Virus record (IMG/VR): IMGVR_UViG_3300017700_000697
Location: 1-43,206 of that record
DNA: 43,206 nucleotides
Strand: one strand, 5' to 3'
From: a virus
Taxonomy: Duplodnaviria; Caudoviricetes
The translations under genes were made by a program, and so were the position numbers. Shown piece by piece: positions 1-8,623 of the stretch (within the stretch, counting starts at the first letter, position 1; every line of letters begins with the position of its first letter). Under the pieces are notes generated by a model. The model did not search any database. It was not told where the DNA came from and saw only the letters and a list, made by a program, of their open reading frames with translations.

Positions 1-123
1 ATACCTTTTGCTGGTTTTACATGTGATTCCGTGTGATCGTTTTGATCGTTACCTTCAGGCACATATTCAATCCCTAGTATCTCAGCTATACCCTGGCAGA
101 ATGCGTCTCCTGTAGGACAGTGG
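1..123. repeat. Terminal direct repeat, copy 1 (circular overlap)
   Basis: Identical to 43084-43206; an ORF reads through the join. Confidence 0.97.
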
Positions 124-302
124 GTTCCTGGATGCCCTATCATAAATTTCCATTCTTCATCTTCGAAACCGAATTGGACAAATTGCAAGTGGGGCGGGCC
201 TTCGGAGAATGGTGCCCCACTTTTCCATAGTTTCCCGCATCCATCCAACCATTGAATATGGTATGGGGTTAGGTTACTGTATTCTGTGTGTAGTCCGTTC
301 AT
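1..302 (-). CDS. 5' part of a 287-aa modular hypothetical protein spanning the circular join
   Basis: Hand translation from ATG 302 (MNGLHTEYSNLTPYHIQWLDG...GIEYVPEGNDQNDH) is open and in frame with ORF 42522-43145; ATGA overlap with the upstream gene. Confidence 0.85.
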   Translation of the reverse strand, partial: MNGLHTEYSNLTPYHIQWLDGCGKLWKSGAPFSEGPPHLQFVQFGFEDEEWKFMIGHPGTHCPTGDAFCQGIAEILGIEYVPEGNDQNDHTESHVKPAKG

Positions 303-460
303 GTGTGGTTATCCCGGCTTTTTAACTCTTTTATAATTTGCTCTAATCGGCTACATTCCTTCGCACGGTTTTTGTATTGCTCGATTATATGTTTTTTGTT
401 CCACTTCATAACTTCTTTTTCCCATTCTTCTCCAAACGGTTCGTAATCTTTATCACTCAT
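299..460 (-). CDS. Small hypothetical protein (53 aa, MSDKDYEPFGEEWEKEV...)
   Basis: Hand-translated; ATGA overlaps at both ends. Confidence 0.75.
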   Translation of the reverse strand: MSDKDYEPFGEEWEKEVMKWNKKHIIEQYKNRAKECSRLEQIIKELKSRDNHT

Positions 461-612
461 ACCCCATTCCTCTCTTCATAATAATCTGCGGCCTCTGCCT
501 CTTGTTCTTCCTTAAGTTCCTCGTCTGACATATCCCAATCCCCATCAAAGTCAGGTGACAGGCAACTAAGCCCTGCATTCGGATTTGATATTTTACTTCT
601 ATACCTAGGCAT
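457..612 (-). CDS. Small acidic hypothetical protein (51 aa, MPRYRSKIS...EAADYYEERNGV)
   Basis: Hand-translated; AGGAGG SD upstream; fills the gap between coupled genes. Confidence 0.7.
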   Translation of the reverse strand: MPRYRSKISNPNAGLSCLSPDFDGDWDMSDEELKEEQEAEAADYYEERNGV

Positions 613-865
613 ACCCGCCTCCTTTTTTAATCGTCTTATTAGGTGTTACTGCAAGACGTTCTTCCCTATCTTTTTGATAAGCGTCCACCGATGCCTTGTC
701 GTAGAAGCCGTGTCTAGTTCTTTTGATCTTACCTTCTTTCGCAAGACTTCTGATTTTGATTTCACCAAAGCCTGTGATATCCACAACCTCGGCATACGAA
801 TACTCGTTTACTTTTGGTTCTTTCCACCACTCCCCTAGTTTTGGTAACGTAGCTGACGGGGTCAT
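605..865 (-). CDS. Excisionase-like/winged HTH DNA-binding protein
   Basis: YSYAEVVDITGFGEIKIRSLAKEGKIKR..GFYDKASVDAY resembles the HTH_17/Xis pattern; start 865 from ATGA overlap. Confidence 0.6.
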   Translation of the reverse strand: MTPSATLPKLGEWWKEPKVNEYSYAEVVDITGFGEIKIRSLAKEGKIKRTRHGFYDKASVDAYQKDREERLAVTPNKTIKKGGGYA

Positions 866-1047
866 CTGTCTTTCACCATTTCTCTTACAGCCTTGATCGT
901 GTTTTCGAGTTCGATGAAACACTTTGCGAGATTGACGAGGTCGGATACTTCTAATACCGGGAGATCCCTTTTTTCGTGAGCATCTATTATCACCTGAACC
1001 GTCCTTAGTGCGTCGCCTTGCGAGTGTGTGAATTCCGTGGTGTTCAT
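862..1047 (-). CDS. Hypothetical protein
   Basis: ORF with coupled start/stop overlaps. Confidence 0.7.
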   Translation of the reverse strand: MNTTEFTHSQGDALRTVQVIIDAHEKRDLPVLEVSDLVNLAKCFIELENTIKAVREMVKDR

Positions 1048-1286
1048 TTTGTTCCCTCTTCCTTTTTCAACGCCTCTGATTTGCGTTTGATCCGCATAGA
1101 TTCCAGACGAACGGACTCTCTTTTGCCCTCGTCATATCCTTCTTCGTGTGCCTCGACGCCCTTCATCGTTTTCCTGAAACTGTTATATCCTTCGGAAAAA
1201 CCTTGAAGAAAATTATTCAAGTCGGCTCCAGCGCATCCTTTTTCCTTACCGATCTTTTCGGCCTTTAGGATTGCTGCCTCGTTCAT
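1044..1286 (-). CDS. Hypothetical protein
   Basis: ORF with coupled overlaps. Confidence 0.75.
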   Translation of the reverse strand: MNEAAILKAEKIGKEKGCAGADLNNFLQGFSEGYNSFRKTMKGVEAHEEGYDEGKRESVRLESMRIKRKSEALKKEEGTK

Positions 1287-1486
1287 ATCCCCATATCCCC
1301 CATTTTGTTTCGTGTGTAGTCAATGGTTGCTTTCATCCGTGCCATGTGTTCACGACTGTATCGTTCTCGAATCGATTTCCTCTCCGCCTCTGTGAGCCCA
1401 GGAGTGATATACGTCGGTTTTTCTTTGTATGGCTTACCATCGTATGTTTCGTTTGCTTGTGTAAGTTGGTTGTGGAAGTTGTTCAT
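1283..1486 (-). CDS. Hypothetical protein (MNNFHNQ...)
   Basis: AGGAGA SD before ATG 1486. Confidence 0.7.
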   Translation of the reverse strand: MNNFHNQLTQANETYDGKPYKEKPTYITPGLTEAERKSIRERYSREHMARMKATIDYTRNKMGDMGI

Positions 1487-1502
1487 TGTGCTGTCTCCTT
1501 TA

Positions 1503-1763
1503 TTACCACTCGTAATTCCCAAGCAAAAAATTATCTTCTACATATTCGGAACATGCGAATCCCCATAAAAAATCACCGTCATTAGGGTTCACAGTCAACC
1601 AGCTTGCAAATTTTACGGCAGACCAAGCAGACCATAAAATATTTACAACTATGTCGTCTAACTTAGATATATTTTCGTTCTGTTTTAGAATTAATATATC
1701 TTCAGGGTAATGAATACCTCCCCAGTCTTTTGACAATTCTGTGGCTTTTTCTAATCTAGTCAT
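1503..1763 (-). CDS. Hypothetical Trp-rich protein
   Basis: ORF; ATGA overlap with upstream gene. Confidence 0.7.
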   Translation of the reverse strand: MTRLEKATELSKDWGGIHYPEDILILKQNENISKLDDIVVNILWSAWSAVKFASWLTVNPNDGDFLWGFACSEYVEDNFLLGNYEW

Positions 1764-1957
1764 CCCTTCACCTTATCCTTTTTCATCGCTTGTTTCACCC
1801 AGTGCCTAACACGCAAAATGTCAATTGCATTGAAGCCGTAAGACTTTATAAACTCCATTGATTTCTTGTGATCTTTTGTTGCCAGATAGTATCCGTAATA
1901 CAAATGGCCTAGTTCTACCACACCTTGCTCGTCTAGTTTATATTCTTGTCTTTCCAT
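1760..1957 (-). CDS. Hypothetical protein, first gene of early unit (MERQEYKLD...)
   Basis: ORF; ATG 1957 lies 7 nt after a -10 box. Confidence 0.7.
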   Translation of the reverse strand: MERQEYKLDEQGVVELGHLYYGYYLATKDHKKSMEFIKSYGFNAIDILRVRHWVKQAMKKDKVKG

Positions 1958-1993
1958 ACCAGGAACCATATACGATTGCCTGGATTATGTAAA
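1958..1993 (-). promoter_or_regulatory. Sigma70-like early promoter, probably leaderless
   Basis: TTTACA(1993-1988)-17 bp-TATGGT(1970-1965)-7 nt-ATG. Confidence 0.6.
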
Positions 1994-2026
1994 GTAAAAT
2001 ATTTTACTTTATTTTAAAATATTTTG
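1991..2026. promoter_or_regulatory. Palindromic operator-like sites
   Basis: Perfect 20-bp palindrome AAAGTAAAATATTTTACTTT (1991-2010) plus TAAAATATTTTG (2015-2026); same core recurs at 40253-40283. Confidence 0.6.
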
Positions 2027-2035
2027 TTTGGCGGG

Positions 2036-2061
2036 AGACATAACCCTGGCAGATACCAGGG
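2036..2061 (-). terminator. Probable terminator of the late/lysis operon
   Basis: CCCTGG-N6-CCAGGG hairpin just after the o-spanin stop; only a weak U tract (TTATGTCT). Confidence 0.45.
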
Positions 2062-2069
2062 CGAAGGGG

Positions 2070-2438
2070 TTAACAATCAATTTCAGGAAGCGAGCACGAC
2101 GACCGACCAAATACGAGTTCAGCGAAAAAGGATCTTTCTTTCTGGCACTCGAACAGTCGGTCGGTTTGTTTCTGCGAGCATTGGTAGGCGGAGATACACT
2201 CTGTCAGTTTTTTAGAATAGGACAGGGAATAATTATATCTTAGCCGTAGGACAAATTCTCGTCCCTGAAAATCGATTTTTTCATTCCCTCGGACGACGAG
2301 TTCCGTGGGAATCCCTAAGTCAGAACAGCTTTGGTTTACTAAGTTTCGGGCATGGTTTGCCTTCGTTTGACACCCGGCAAAGGTCGTCAAAATCAGAAGG
2401 CTTAGGAACAGTGCTTTCTTTAATGTCGATAAGTTCAT
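2070..2438 (-). CDS. Putative o-spanin (outer-membrane lipoprotein)
   Basis: GGAG SD, MNLSTLKKALFLSLLILTTFAG-C lipobox; overlaps upstream TM gene out of frame; last lysis gene. Confidence 0.65.
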   Translation of the reverse strand: MNLSTLKKALFLSLLILTTFAGCQTKANHARNLVNQSCSDLGIPTELVVRGNEKIDFQGREFVLRLRYNYSLSYSKKLTECISAYQCSQKQTDRLFECQKERSFFAELVFGRSSCSLPEIDC

Positions 2439-2571
2439 TTTGAGATTCTCCAATTTCGGAATTGATAACGTAAAAAATTGCATACAAAAGGACAAGAAGG
2501 ATGACAAGCCCTGTGGCAATCCCCTTCCAAGTTTTCGACCAAGCTGCGATAAGTTCAAGGATACCCATCAC
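2320..2571 (-). CDS. Putative i-spanin
   Basis: Single N-terminal TM helix, short periplasmic part with two Cys; Rz/Rz1-like overlapped layout. Confidence 0.6.
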   Translation of the reverse strand: MMGILELIAAWSKTWKGIATGLVILLVLLYAIFYVINSEIGESQNELIDIKESTVPKPSDFDDLCRVSNEGKPCPKLSKPKLF

Positions 2572-2789
2572 TTACCTGCCTTTTTTGCCAACGCTTCTTT
2601 AAGAGTCGGATAGAACCCAAGGAATCCGAGAGTCATGACGACGACACCAAGTGAGATTCTGATTCCATGGTTATCGTAAACTAAAAGTTCAGGAAATAGG
2701 ACGGCAAACAATATGCCAATGAATGCGACTCCAAGCCCAAGTAATCGCCAAATGTTTGTTTCTCGTAAGAACGGTCTTTTTTCTGTCAT
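2568..2789 (-). CDS. Putative holin (2 TM)
   Basis: 73 aa, two hydrophobic helices, basic C-terminus, next to endolysin. Confidence 0.6.
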   Translation of the reverse strand: MTEKRPFLRETNIWRLLGLGVAFIGILFAVLFPELLVYDNHGIRISLGVVVMTLGFLGFYPTLKEALAKKAGK

Positions 2790-3208
2790 TTCTTTTCCTT
2801 CTTAAAATGTAATACTTGTTTTTTCGGCTTCTCGCCTTTTGGCGCAACCGATACATGAACCCACGAATCGAACTCATTGATTAGTTGGTGATACGGAAGC
2901 CCAAGGTCTTTTATGATCTCGACAAGTTCCGTGACTTCCAAGTTCGCCACTCGAATATCTGCGGCCTCGCCTAACATGTGTTGTGAACGAGGGGAACCAC
3001 CAACGGAAGCGTTGACTCTGGGAGACCGATAAGCCGAATTGATTGTGATTGGTCGCCCAAGATGATCTCGTAACGGTTGCAAGATTAGGTTCGCAAGTCG
3101 TTTGAGGTTCTCTGTCACCTCGTCAGATGGTGTGTTGTCGAGACCAAGCCGATCGGCAGTTGTCGAGCGAGTGAGTTCATCCAATGTAAAATTTTCGGAT
3201 AGTTTCAT
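2786..3208 (-). CDS. Endolysin, peptidase M15A family
   Basis: LSENFTLDEL, INSAYRSPRVNASVGG, SQHMLGEAADI and WVHVS zinc-peptidase motifs. Confidence 0.92.
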   Translation of the reverse strand: MKLSENFTLDELTRSTTADRLGLDNTPSDEVTENLKRLANLILQPLRDHLGRPITINSAYRSPRVNASVGGSPRSQHMLGEAADIRVANLEVTELVEIIKDLGLPYHQLINEFDSWVHVSVAPKGEKPKKQVLHFKKEKK

Positions 3209-3783
3209 TTTTCAATTACTCCAAGTAATTTTTCAAAGTAATCTCTTTTTTCTGAAATCGGGAGAATCTTGTTTCTTCTCCCAAGATCATAGGATCTTTC
3301 CATGGCTTCGAATAATTTGATCCTGAGTTTTGTTTTCTGTTCTTCGGAAAGGGAATTTATGATTTGAATGATTGGCGCGGCTTCTGGAATTTTATCCATG
3401 GCCTTGACTATTGTTTTCGCAGTAGTCATTTTAATCCCGTGTTTCAATGAAATTTCTTCGGCTCTGCTTTGCGTGACACATTGAGCAAAAGTTTGAGGTT
3501 CTGCATTTCTTGCTAAGTTGTTCGCCACAGTGTCATCTTTATCCCAATAACCCTGTTTATGAAGCCGGTAGACTCTCATATATTTATGAGCTGTTCTTTC
3601 TGAAAAATTTACATTCTTCTCTAGCCACCATAGAAATTGACCAGTTCGCTTATGCTTTTCCGAAATCAATAAACGTCCACATTCCATCATGGCTTCAAGA
3701 GTCATTTTTTTGTGGTGTATAACCTTGCCGTGGAGGAAGTTTATACGTTCAGCAATAGTATCTTTCTGGAGAGCAAGACCCAT
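3205..3783 (-). CDS. DUF3102-like HTH protein
   Basis: ECGRLLISEK...GQFLWWLEKNVNFSERTAHKYMRVY resembles the DUF3102 pattern. Confidence 0.7.
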   Translation of the reverse strand: MGLALQKDTIAERINFLHGKVIHHKKMTLEAMMECGRLLISEKHKRTGQFLWWLEKNVNFSERTAHKYMRVYRLHKQGYWDKDDTVANNLARNAEPQTFAQCVTQSRAEEISLKHGIKMTTAKTIVKAMDKIPEAAPIIQIINSLSEEQKTKLRIKLFEAMERSYDLGRRNKILPISEKRDYFEKLLGVIEK

Positions 3784-3785
3784 GA

Positions 3786-3995
3786 TTATTTTACTTTCCC
3801 ACTTACAAAAATTCGTTTAATATCTTGTTTTATTTCTTTGATGTCGTCTTTAATCTCTACCATCTGACTCGACCTTTCTTCTAGGATCACTATTCTGGAC
3901 TCTAATTTGAAATAAAGTCCAGAGACAGTAAAGGCCAAAACGACAAGTTTCGCAATGTTCTCGAATGAAAAAATCTTGTTAAATCCTTCCGCCAC
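3786..3995 (-). CDS. Holin/antiholin-like protein (1 TM + coiled coil)
   Basis: One TM then LESRIVILEE...IKDDIKEIKQDIK; upstream of endolysin. Confidence 0.5.
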   Translation of the reverse strand: MAEGFNKIFSFENIAKLVVLAFTVSGLYFKLESRIVILEERSSQMVEIKDDIKEIKQDIKRIFVSGKVK

Positions 3996-4451
3996 TTATA
4001 TCCCACCGCCTGGACCACCGTGCCGAACAGTGCACCAACAGCGAGGATCGCCGCCTTTATCAACAGTTCGATTCATTTGCTCGGCTTGCAAAATATACAT
4101 TCTTAGACGTAGCTCAAATGGGATATCGTCCGCAACGCGTTCCTCGTATCGGAAGTCCCCGTCTACAATTAAGTTCCCATCGGCTCCAAACATATAAACC
4201 CAGCGTGATTCTGGTTGCCATGGAGGTGGAGGCGGTTCTTCTGGTTCGGGTTCTTCTAGGTTCGCAAGGACGACGACCCCCGCAGCTTCCTCTGGCGTAA
4301 GACCAGCGATGAGATTTTTTGCGGTCGGTGCGACGAGTTCCGTAATCGCAGAGGTATCTAGCGATATCCCTCCCATCTGGAGGACGTCAAGACCAACTGA
4401 ATTTGTGCAGTTCATGAGTGTTAGGACTAAACCTAGTATTATTTTTTTCAT
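3996..4451 (-). CDS. Predicted lipoprotein
   Basis: AAGGA SD; MKKIILGLVLTLMN-C signal with spirochaete-type lipobox; poly-Pro linker. Confidence 0.65.
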   Translation of the reverse strand: MKKIILGLVLTLMNCTNSVGLDVLQMGGISLDTSAITELVAPTAKNLIAGLTPEEAAGVVVLANLEEPEPEEPPPPPWQPESRWVYMFGADGNLIVDGDFRYEERVADDIPFELRLRMYILQAEQMNRTVDKGGDPRCWCTVRHGGPGGGI

Positions 4452-4476
4452 AAAGTTTCCTTTTCGGACGATTCTA

Positions 4477-4827
4477 TCAGGTCTCAATAATCTTTACAAC
4501 GAAAATACGGTCTGGAAATTGTTTTGCGATACGGTCGCATTCTTTTTTGTATGCACCGCACCTAAGATCAAAGTAGTAATTTTCCTTTTCTCCGGTCGTT
4601 TTTATCTCCCATGGAGTCGGAACTTTCTCCCCGTTTTTCTTACGAATGATCTTTTCGGTTGTCTCTGGTTCTAGTTTAGAGAGACATAAATCTTCCTCGT
4701 AAGTGAACCCGTTTTCTACGAAGACATGAGAAACTTCATCGACTTTCGTTTGAATGATGTTGTCATCTTTGTCTTTTAATTCAGGTCGTCCGATAGTTGT
4801 AATTTCTAAAAGCTGTAATTTTTTCAT
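4477..4827 (-). CDS. Hypothetical protein, possible tail-fibre chaperone
   Basis: Directly after tail fibre; GGAGG SD; function from position only. Confidence 0.5.
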   Translation of the reverse strand: MKKLQLLEITTIGRPELKDKDDNIIQTKVDEVSHVFVENGFTYEEDLCLSKLEPETTEKIIRKKNGEKVPTPWEIKTTGEKENYYFDLRCGAYKKECDRIAKQFPDRIFVVKIIET

Positions 4828-4829
4828 GA

Positions 4830-5855
4830 TTATCCTCCGCACCACATATAAGGAATGAGTGTATATGCCGGCCCGTGTGTGATCTTACGAACGAGTGGGT
4901 CGCCATAGGCCGACCTAAAATTAGTTGAATACGTCCCTTGTGGTGTCCCAGTAAATGCGCCGTCACTTAACGCACCGTTCCCGCCTATCCCTGGGTCTGG
5001 CCCTGTTACACCAGCAGTGTCCCCGATAGCACCAGACATGCCCGATATAGAATTAGATTGCCCTATCGTATATGAAGCGTGTTGATGATTTTGGAAATGA
5101 CCTCTCGTCCGTAGGTTCATAATAAAATAACCATCGGGGTCGTTTGGAGCCATGATGGCTTCGCCCTTAATTGCAAAAACTCGGCAAGTTCCAGGGGTGC
5201 TTGTCCCGTAAGGTTTTACGTAGAGAGTCTGGCTCCCTGAAGGTGGAGACGTATTAGTTTGCATCACCCTGGTCGATAAGTTAATGGTGCTGATCTCATA
5301 GTTTGACCCACCAACTTCCACAAATCTATCGTGAACTTCAGAGCCGCCAGTGCGAACGTCTTCTACGATTGCCGCAAGCATTGCATTTGCTGAGACCGTA
5401 TTCGGGAAAGTTATGTTTACTCCTGAAATAGTTACTGCAAACGATTCAACTTCACCAGATTCCCCAGGCAAATACTTAGCGTTGATACCCTCTAAATAAT
5501 TTACCCAATCGTTAGGATATATCCCGCCTTCTGCTATTGATACAAAATCTTGGTAGTTATCTATTGCCGATAGATTGATTGCAGGCCAATAATCCCTAGG
5601 TGATGCAGGATTGAACGTAAAGTTCGTTGCTCTCTCGTCGGGAATATAAACCACCCCAGCAAGAGGAGTTCCATAATCGATCGCTGTCTTGACGACCGAA
5701 CCCTCGATCGCTGTGATCCTCGTATCCAAGTCCTCTAAGTTGTTCCAGATGAACCCGTTGTTTGCACGTTGCTGGTCGCCACGAACAAACGAGTTGTCTA
5801 AGAAATATGGTGCGGGATAGCTTGGTAAGGCTGGGTTAGGTGATGGTAATGACAT
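4830..5855 (-). CDS. Tail fibre / receptor-binding protein
   Basis: After baseplate genes; short N-terminal coiled coil, collar-like RGHFQNHQH, Gly-rich C-terminus. Confidence 0.75.
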   Translation of the reverse strand: MSLPSPNPALPSYPAPYFLDNSFVRGDQQRANNGFIWNNLEDLDTRITAIEGSVVKTAIDYGTPLAGVVYIPDERATNFTFNPASPRDYWPAINLSAIDNYQDFVSIAEGGIYPNDWVNYLEGINAKYLPGESGEVESFAVTISGVNITFPNTVSANAMLAAIVEDVRTGGSEVHDRFVEVGGSNYEISTINLSTRVMQTNTSPPSGSQTLYVKPYGTSTPGTCRVFAIKGEAIMAPNDPDGYFIMNLRTRGHFQNHQHASYTIGQSNSISGMSGAIGDTAGVTGPDPGIGGNGALSDGAFTGTPQGTYSTNFRSAYGDPLVRKITHGPAYTLIPYMWCGG

Positions 5856-5856
5856 A

Positions 5857-6948
5857 TTACACGGCTCCTGAATCGAAGATTTCTATTTCCGTATACTCAC
5901 TGTTATCTGGTGTAGTATAGCTGACATATAAAGAATTTAGCGTTGGCTTGATTTTTCTAAAAAGAAAAATTATGAGTCCTAGGTTTGCGACCCCGTCGGC
6001 TGTGAGGTTTATGAGAATGTCGATTCTCTTGGCCTTCAGTTCCAACTGACCATAGATCCCATAAAAACCGTAACCTTCGGACGGTCCATCCACTGGCGGC
6101 TGGACACCTGACGAATACGTGTCGGACTCTGGAGTCCATACAGACGAACCAGGGACAGGAGGCACTTGTCCTATGACAAGCCCTTGGTTTGCGTTCACAC
6201 CTGTGGTCTTCCGCCACGCCCCACCGTCCCAGTAATAGACCGCGTTCACGTCACCTGATCCATCATCGGCAACGGTGGCAAGAGTCCCCGTAGTTGCTGA
6301 GCCTGGGAGGTCGCCAATAATCGCATAGTCAGTCATGAGAAAAACCGTATTCACTGACAAGGGAGCCATCCAAACGATGTTTCCTCCACTTATATACCCT
6401 CTGGCGTAATACGTCGCATTAGACGCGCCGATCGTCCACCCACTGGGAGCAGCCCAGGCAAGGGGGGTGTATGTGGAAGGCGACGGTGTGCTCGGAGGAG
6501 AGACGGAATCCGAATAAATGAGAAAAGTTTCCGAGAATATGGCAGGCTGTGCAGAGCTGAAAAGGATCTGACCGGCCTGTGTGATCCAACCGACATCCAA
6601 AAGAAAGGTGAAATACTGCTGGAAACACAGAACCGCACTCTTAGGATACGACCGTGTAACATAAATAAGTAGTTTTATAGCAGTGGATAACAACCCGTTA
6701 TACCAGCCGATCCCGTTCTGGACTAGTAGGTATTTGATCCAGGGGGTCATAGTGACAGTCGTTAATGCATAGCTACGACTTGCCCACAACCGAAAGATTG
6801 AGTCCATAAGATTGATATTATCCTGGATGATTGCGGTCATGTTGTTCAACCACTCATTGAATTTTTTATCATACTCCGTTTGTTGTGCGGAATAATCAAA
6901 ATAACCAGGTGCGGTCAATTGCTGGAATGTTCTCCTGGTGTATATCAT
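5857..6948 (-). CDS. Baseplate wedge / fibre-attachment protein (gpI-like position)
   Basis: Follows baseplate J; C-terminal FRKIKPTL motif; S/T/P-rich insert. Confidence 0.6.
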   Translation of the reverse strand: MIYTRRTFQQLTAPGYFDYSAQQTEYDKKFNEWLNNMTAIIQDNINLMDSIFRLWASRSYALTTVTMTPWIKYLLVQNGIGWYNGLLSTAIKLLIYVTRSYPKSAVLCFQQYFTFLLDVGWITQAGQILFSSAQPAIFSETFLIYSDSVSPPSTPSPSTYTPLAWAAPSGWTIGASNATYYARGYISGGNIVWMAPLSVNTVFLMTDYAIIGDLPGSATTGTLATVADDGSGDVNAVYYWDGGAWRKTTGVNANQGLVIGQVPPVPGSSVWTPESDTYSSGVQPPVDGPSEGYGFYGIYGQLELKAKRIDILINLTADGVANLGLIIFLFRKIKPTLNSLYVSYTTPDNSEYTEIEIFDSGAV

Positions 6949-8348
6949 ATCTCAGTCACCGTGATCGTAATGAGTGCAGGGTCAAGGAACACATATCTGT
7001 CATACCAGGAAGTATCGTCTGTAAAAAGTGCGTCCTCTACGAAGTTAATGACTGCCACGGTTCCGCCGGCTGGTGCGTCGATGTCGAGAGTGACGGCAGG
7101 TTGTCCTGCAACTAGCGGGTCCACTTCGGCTTCCAGTGAGTTGCATTCCAGATAATTTAGGTTCGGAACGATAGAATCATTGTCTGAAATAAACGAACGG
7201 ATTTGTTCCACGGCAAGCACGGGACCAATCTTAATCTGACCTTGTGAGGCTGTGACCGCCGGAGTCGATCCTTCAGGTGGTGGGACTGGACTTCCTGTTC
7301 CCTGGAACGTAAGGTTGTAATTCCCTGCGGCTCCACCGTAAAAATCAATTAGGTTCTGGACGAATGCTGTGGCGAAAGATTCCGAAAGAACAAGTTTTTC
7401 CTCGTCGGCTGTGCCTACGGAAAAAGATACATACAAGTTCGCTGTGAGCGTGACCTGGACGGCCTGTGCCGGTGCGACCGTGTAGGCTTGCGGGAAGGTT
7501 CCGGTGTAAATGACCCCTTGGATGATCGGGTGATTTGTCGTCGAGACTTTGAGAATGTTCCCGAATTCGAAACGGCTCGCAAGAATATTGATTGCGTTCT
7601 GAATCTCTTCCGGCCCTGCTTCCGGCCCAGACGGGAGAAGCACGACAGCAACGTAACCAGAGGAAGGAACCGGGACCGGTGTGGTGAGGTTGTTTTCCGT
7701 GTTATTGACGTAGAACCTTGCCGCCGCATAAAACTCCAAAAGCTCTTTGGTTGCCGCTGGTGTCGCCTGTTCGGACGTGTTATTTGTCTTTAGGAAAATG
7801 AGTCGGCTTGTATACTGTGCGTCGTTCTCCGTATCGGTTCCAGTGACGAATGGCTGTGGGTTTGTTACCGGACGACCTTCGAACGTATCGAATACCATAA
7901 AGGCCGGGATGTTTTGGTTCTTCCCCGTAGTGGTGGAATAGACCGCAATGAATCCTTTTTCACCGGCTGGAATGGTTGCAAGAGTGACCCCGTTGGTGTA
8001 AGTGTTTCCGTTGGGAGCCGTGAAAATTGAATCGGCTGGGATTGCGAGAGGAGTGACTTCGGCCTCGTTGTCGATTTCCAAATAACCTTGGGCAACGTTT
8101 GCTTGAAGCCTTTTTGTTCCAGGGTTCTGTATATCGATGTCGGAACCAGTGGGATTGAATTGTTTCACGTAAAGGGCATAGGATGCCGAGTCGGACTGGA
8201 CGAGGGTTTGAGCGAGCCAATTCGCAATCTGTTCCTCGACGGATCCTGTTTGGACGACGATCTCTGCCGGTTTTACTGCCGGACTCAAAACAATCGTAAG
8301 GGCATCCCCTAGCGTAAGATCTGTGTATACACCGTTTTCATTTATCAT
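6945..8348 (-). CDS. Baseplate J-like wedge protein
   Basis: TGSDID, IPADSIFTAPNGNTY, VTNPQPFVTGTDTENDAQYTSR are typical gpJ/gp47 motifs. Confidence 0.88.
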   Translation of the reverse strand: MINENGVYTDLTLGDALTIVLSPAVKPAEIVVQTGSVEEQIANWLAQTLVQSDSASYALYVKQFNPTGSDIDIQNPGTKRLQANVAQGYLEIDNEAEVTPLAIPADSIFTAPNGNTYTNGVTLATIPAGEKGFIAVYSTTTGKNQNIPAFMVFDTFEGRPVTNPQPFVTGTDTENDAQYTSRLIFLKTNNTSEQATPAATKELLEFYAAARFYVNNTENNLTTPVPVPSSGYVAVVLLPSGPEAGPEEIQNAINILASRFEFGNILKVSTTNHPIIQGVIYTGTFPQAYTVAPAQAVQVTLTANLYVSFSVGTADEEKLVLSESFATAFVQNLIDFYGGAAGNYNLTFQGTGSPVPPPEGSTPAVTASQGQIKIGPVLAVEQIRSFISDNDSIVPNLNYLECNSLEAEVDPLVAGQPAVTLDIDAPAGGTVAVINFVEDALFTDDTSWYDRYVFLDPALITITVTEI

Positions 8349-8623
8349 ACTTGTATGTTATATTCCTGTAATTCTGAATCATACGTCACACTTTTCACTG
8401 GCATGTATTTCTCGCCAATACGGTAAAGATCGGAACACCTGTCACCTACGGACTGAGAGAGGTTCCAGACAAGGACGTTCCTGCCGAAAGTTGGATCCAC
8501 CGCATACGTCTCTTGAATACACCGAACCTCAGACTTAAAATATTGCAAAGGAGGATTTTGGGCAGCGGTGAGTTTACCATCCTTAAGTAAAAAATTTCCG
8601 TTGTCTGTCAGTGCTATCGGCAT
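8345..8623 (-). CDS. Baseplate gp25/gp46-like sheath initiator
   Basis: 92 aa from MPIALTDNG; YAVDPTFG motif; between spike and gpJ. Confidence 0.7.
   Translation of the reverse strand: MPIALTDNGNFLLKDGKLTAAQNPPLQYFKSEVRCIQETYAVDPTFGRNVLVWNLSQSVGDRCSDLYRIGEKYMPVKSVTYDSELQEYNIQV

Noticed and set aside
1-123. 123-bp terminal repeat as a biological DTR
   Set aside because: It falls in the middle of a gene that reads through the join, and TerL looks PBSX/SPP1 (headful)-type; an assembler overlap of a circularly permuted genome is more likely
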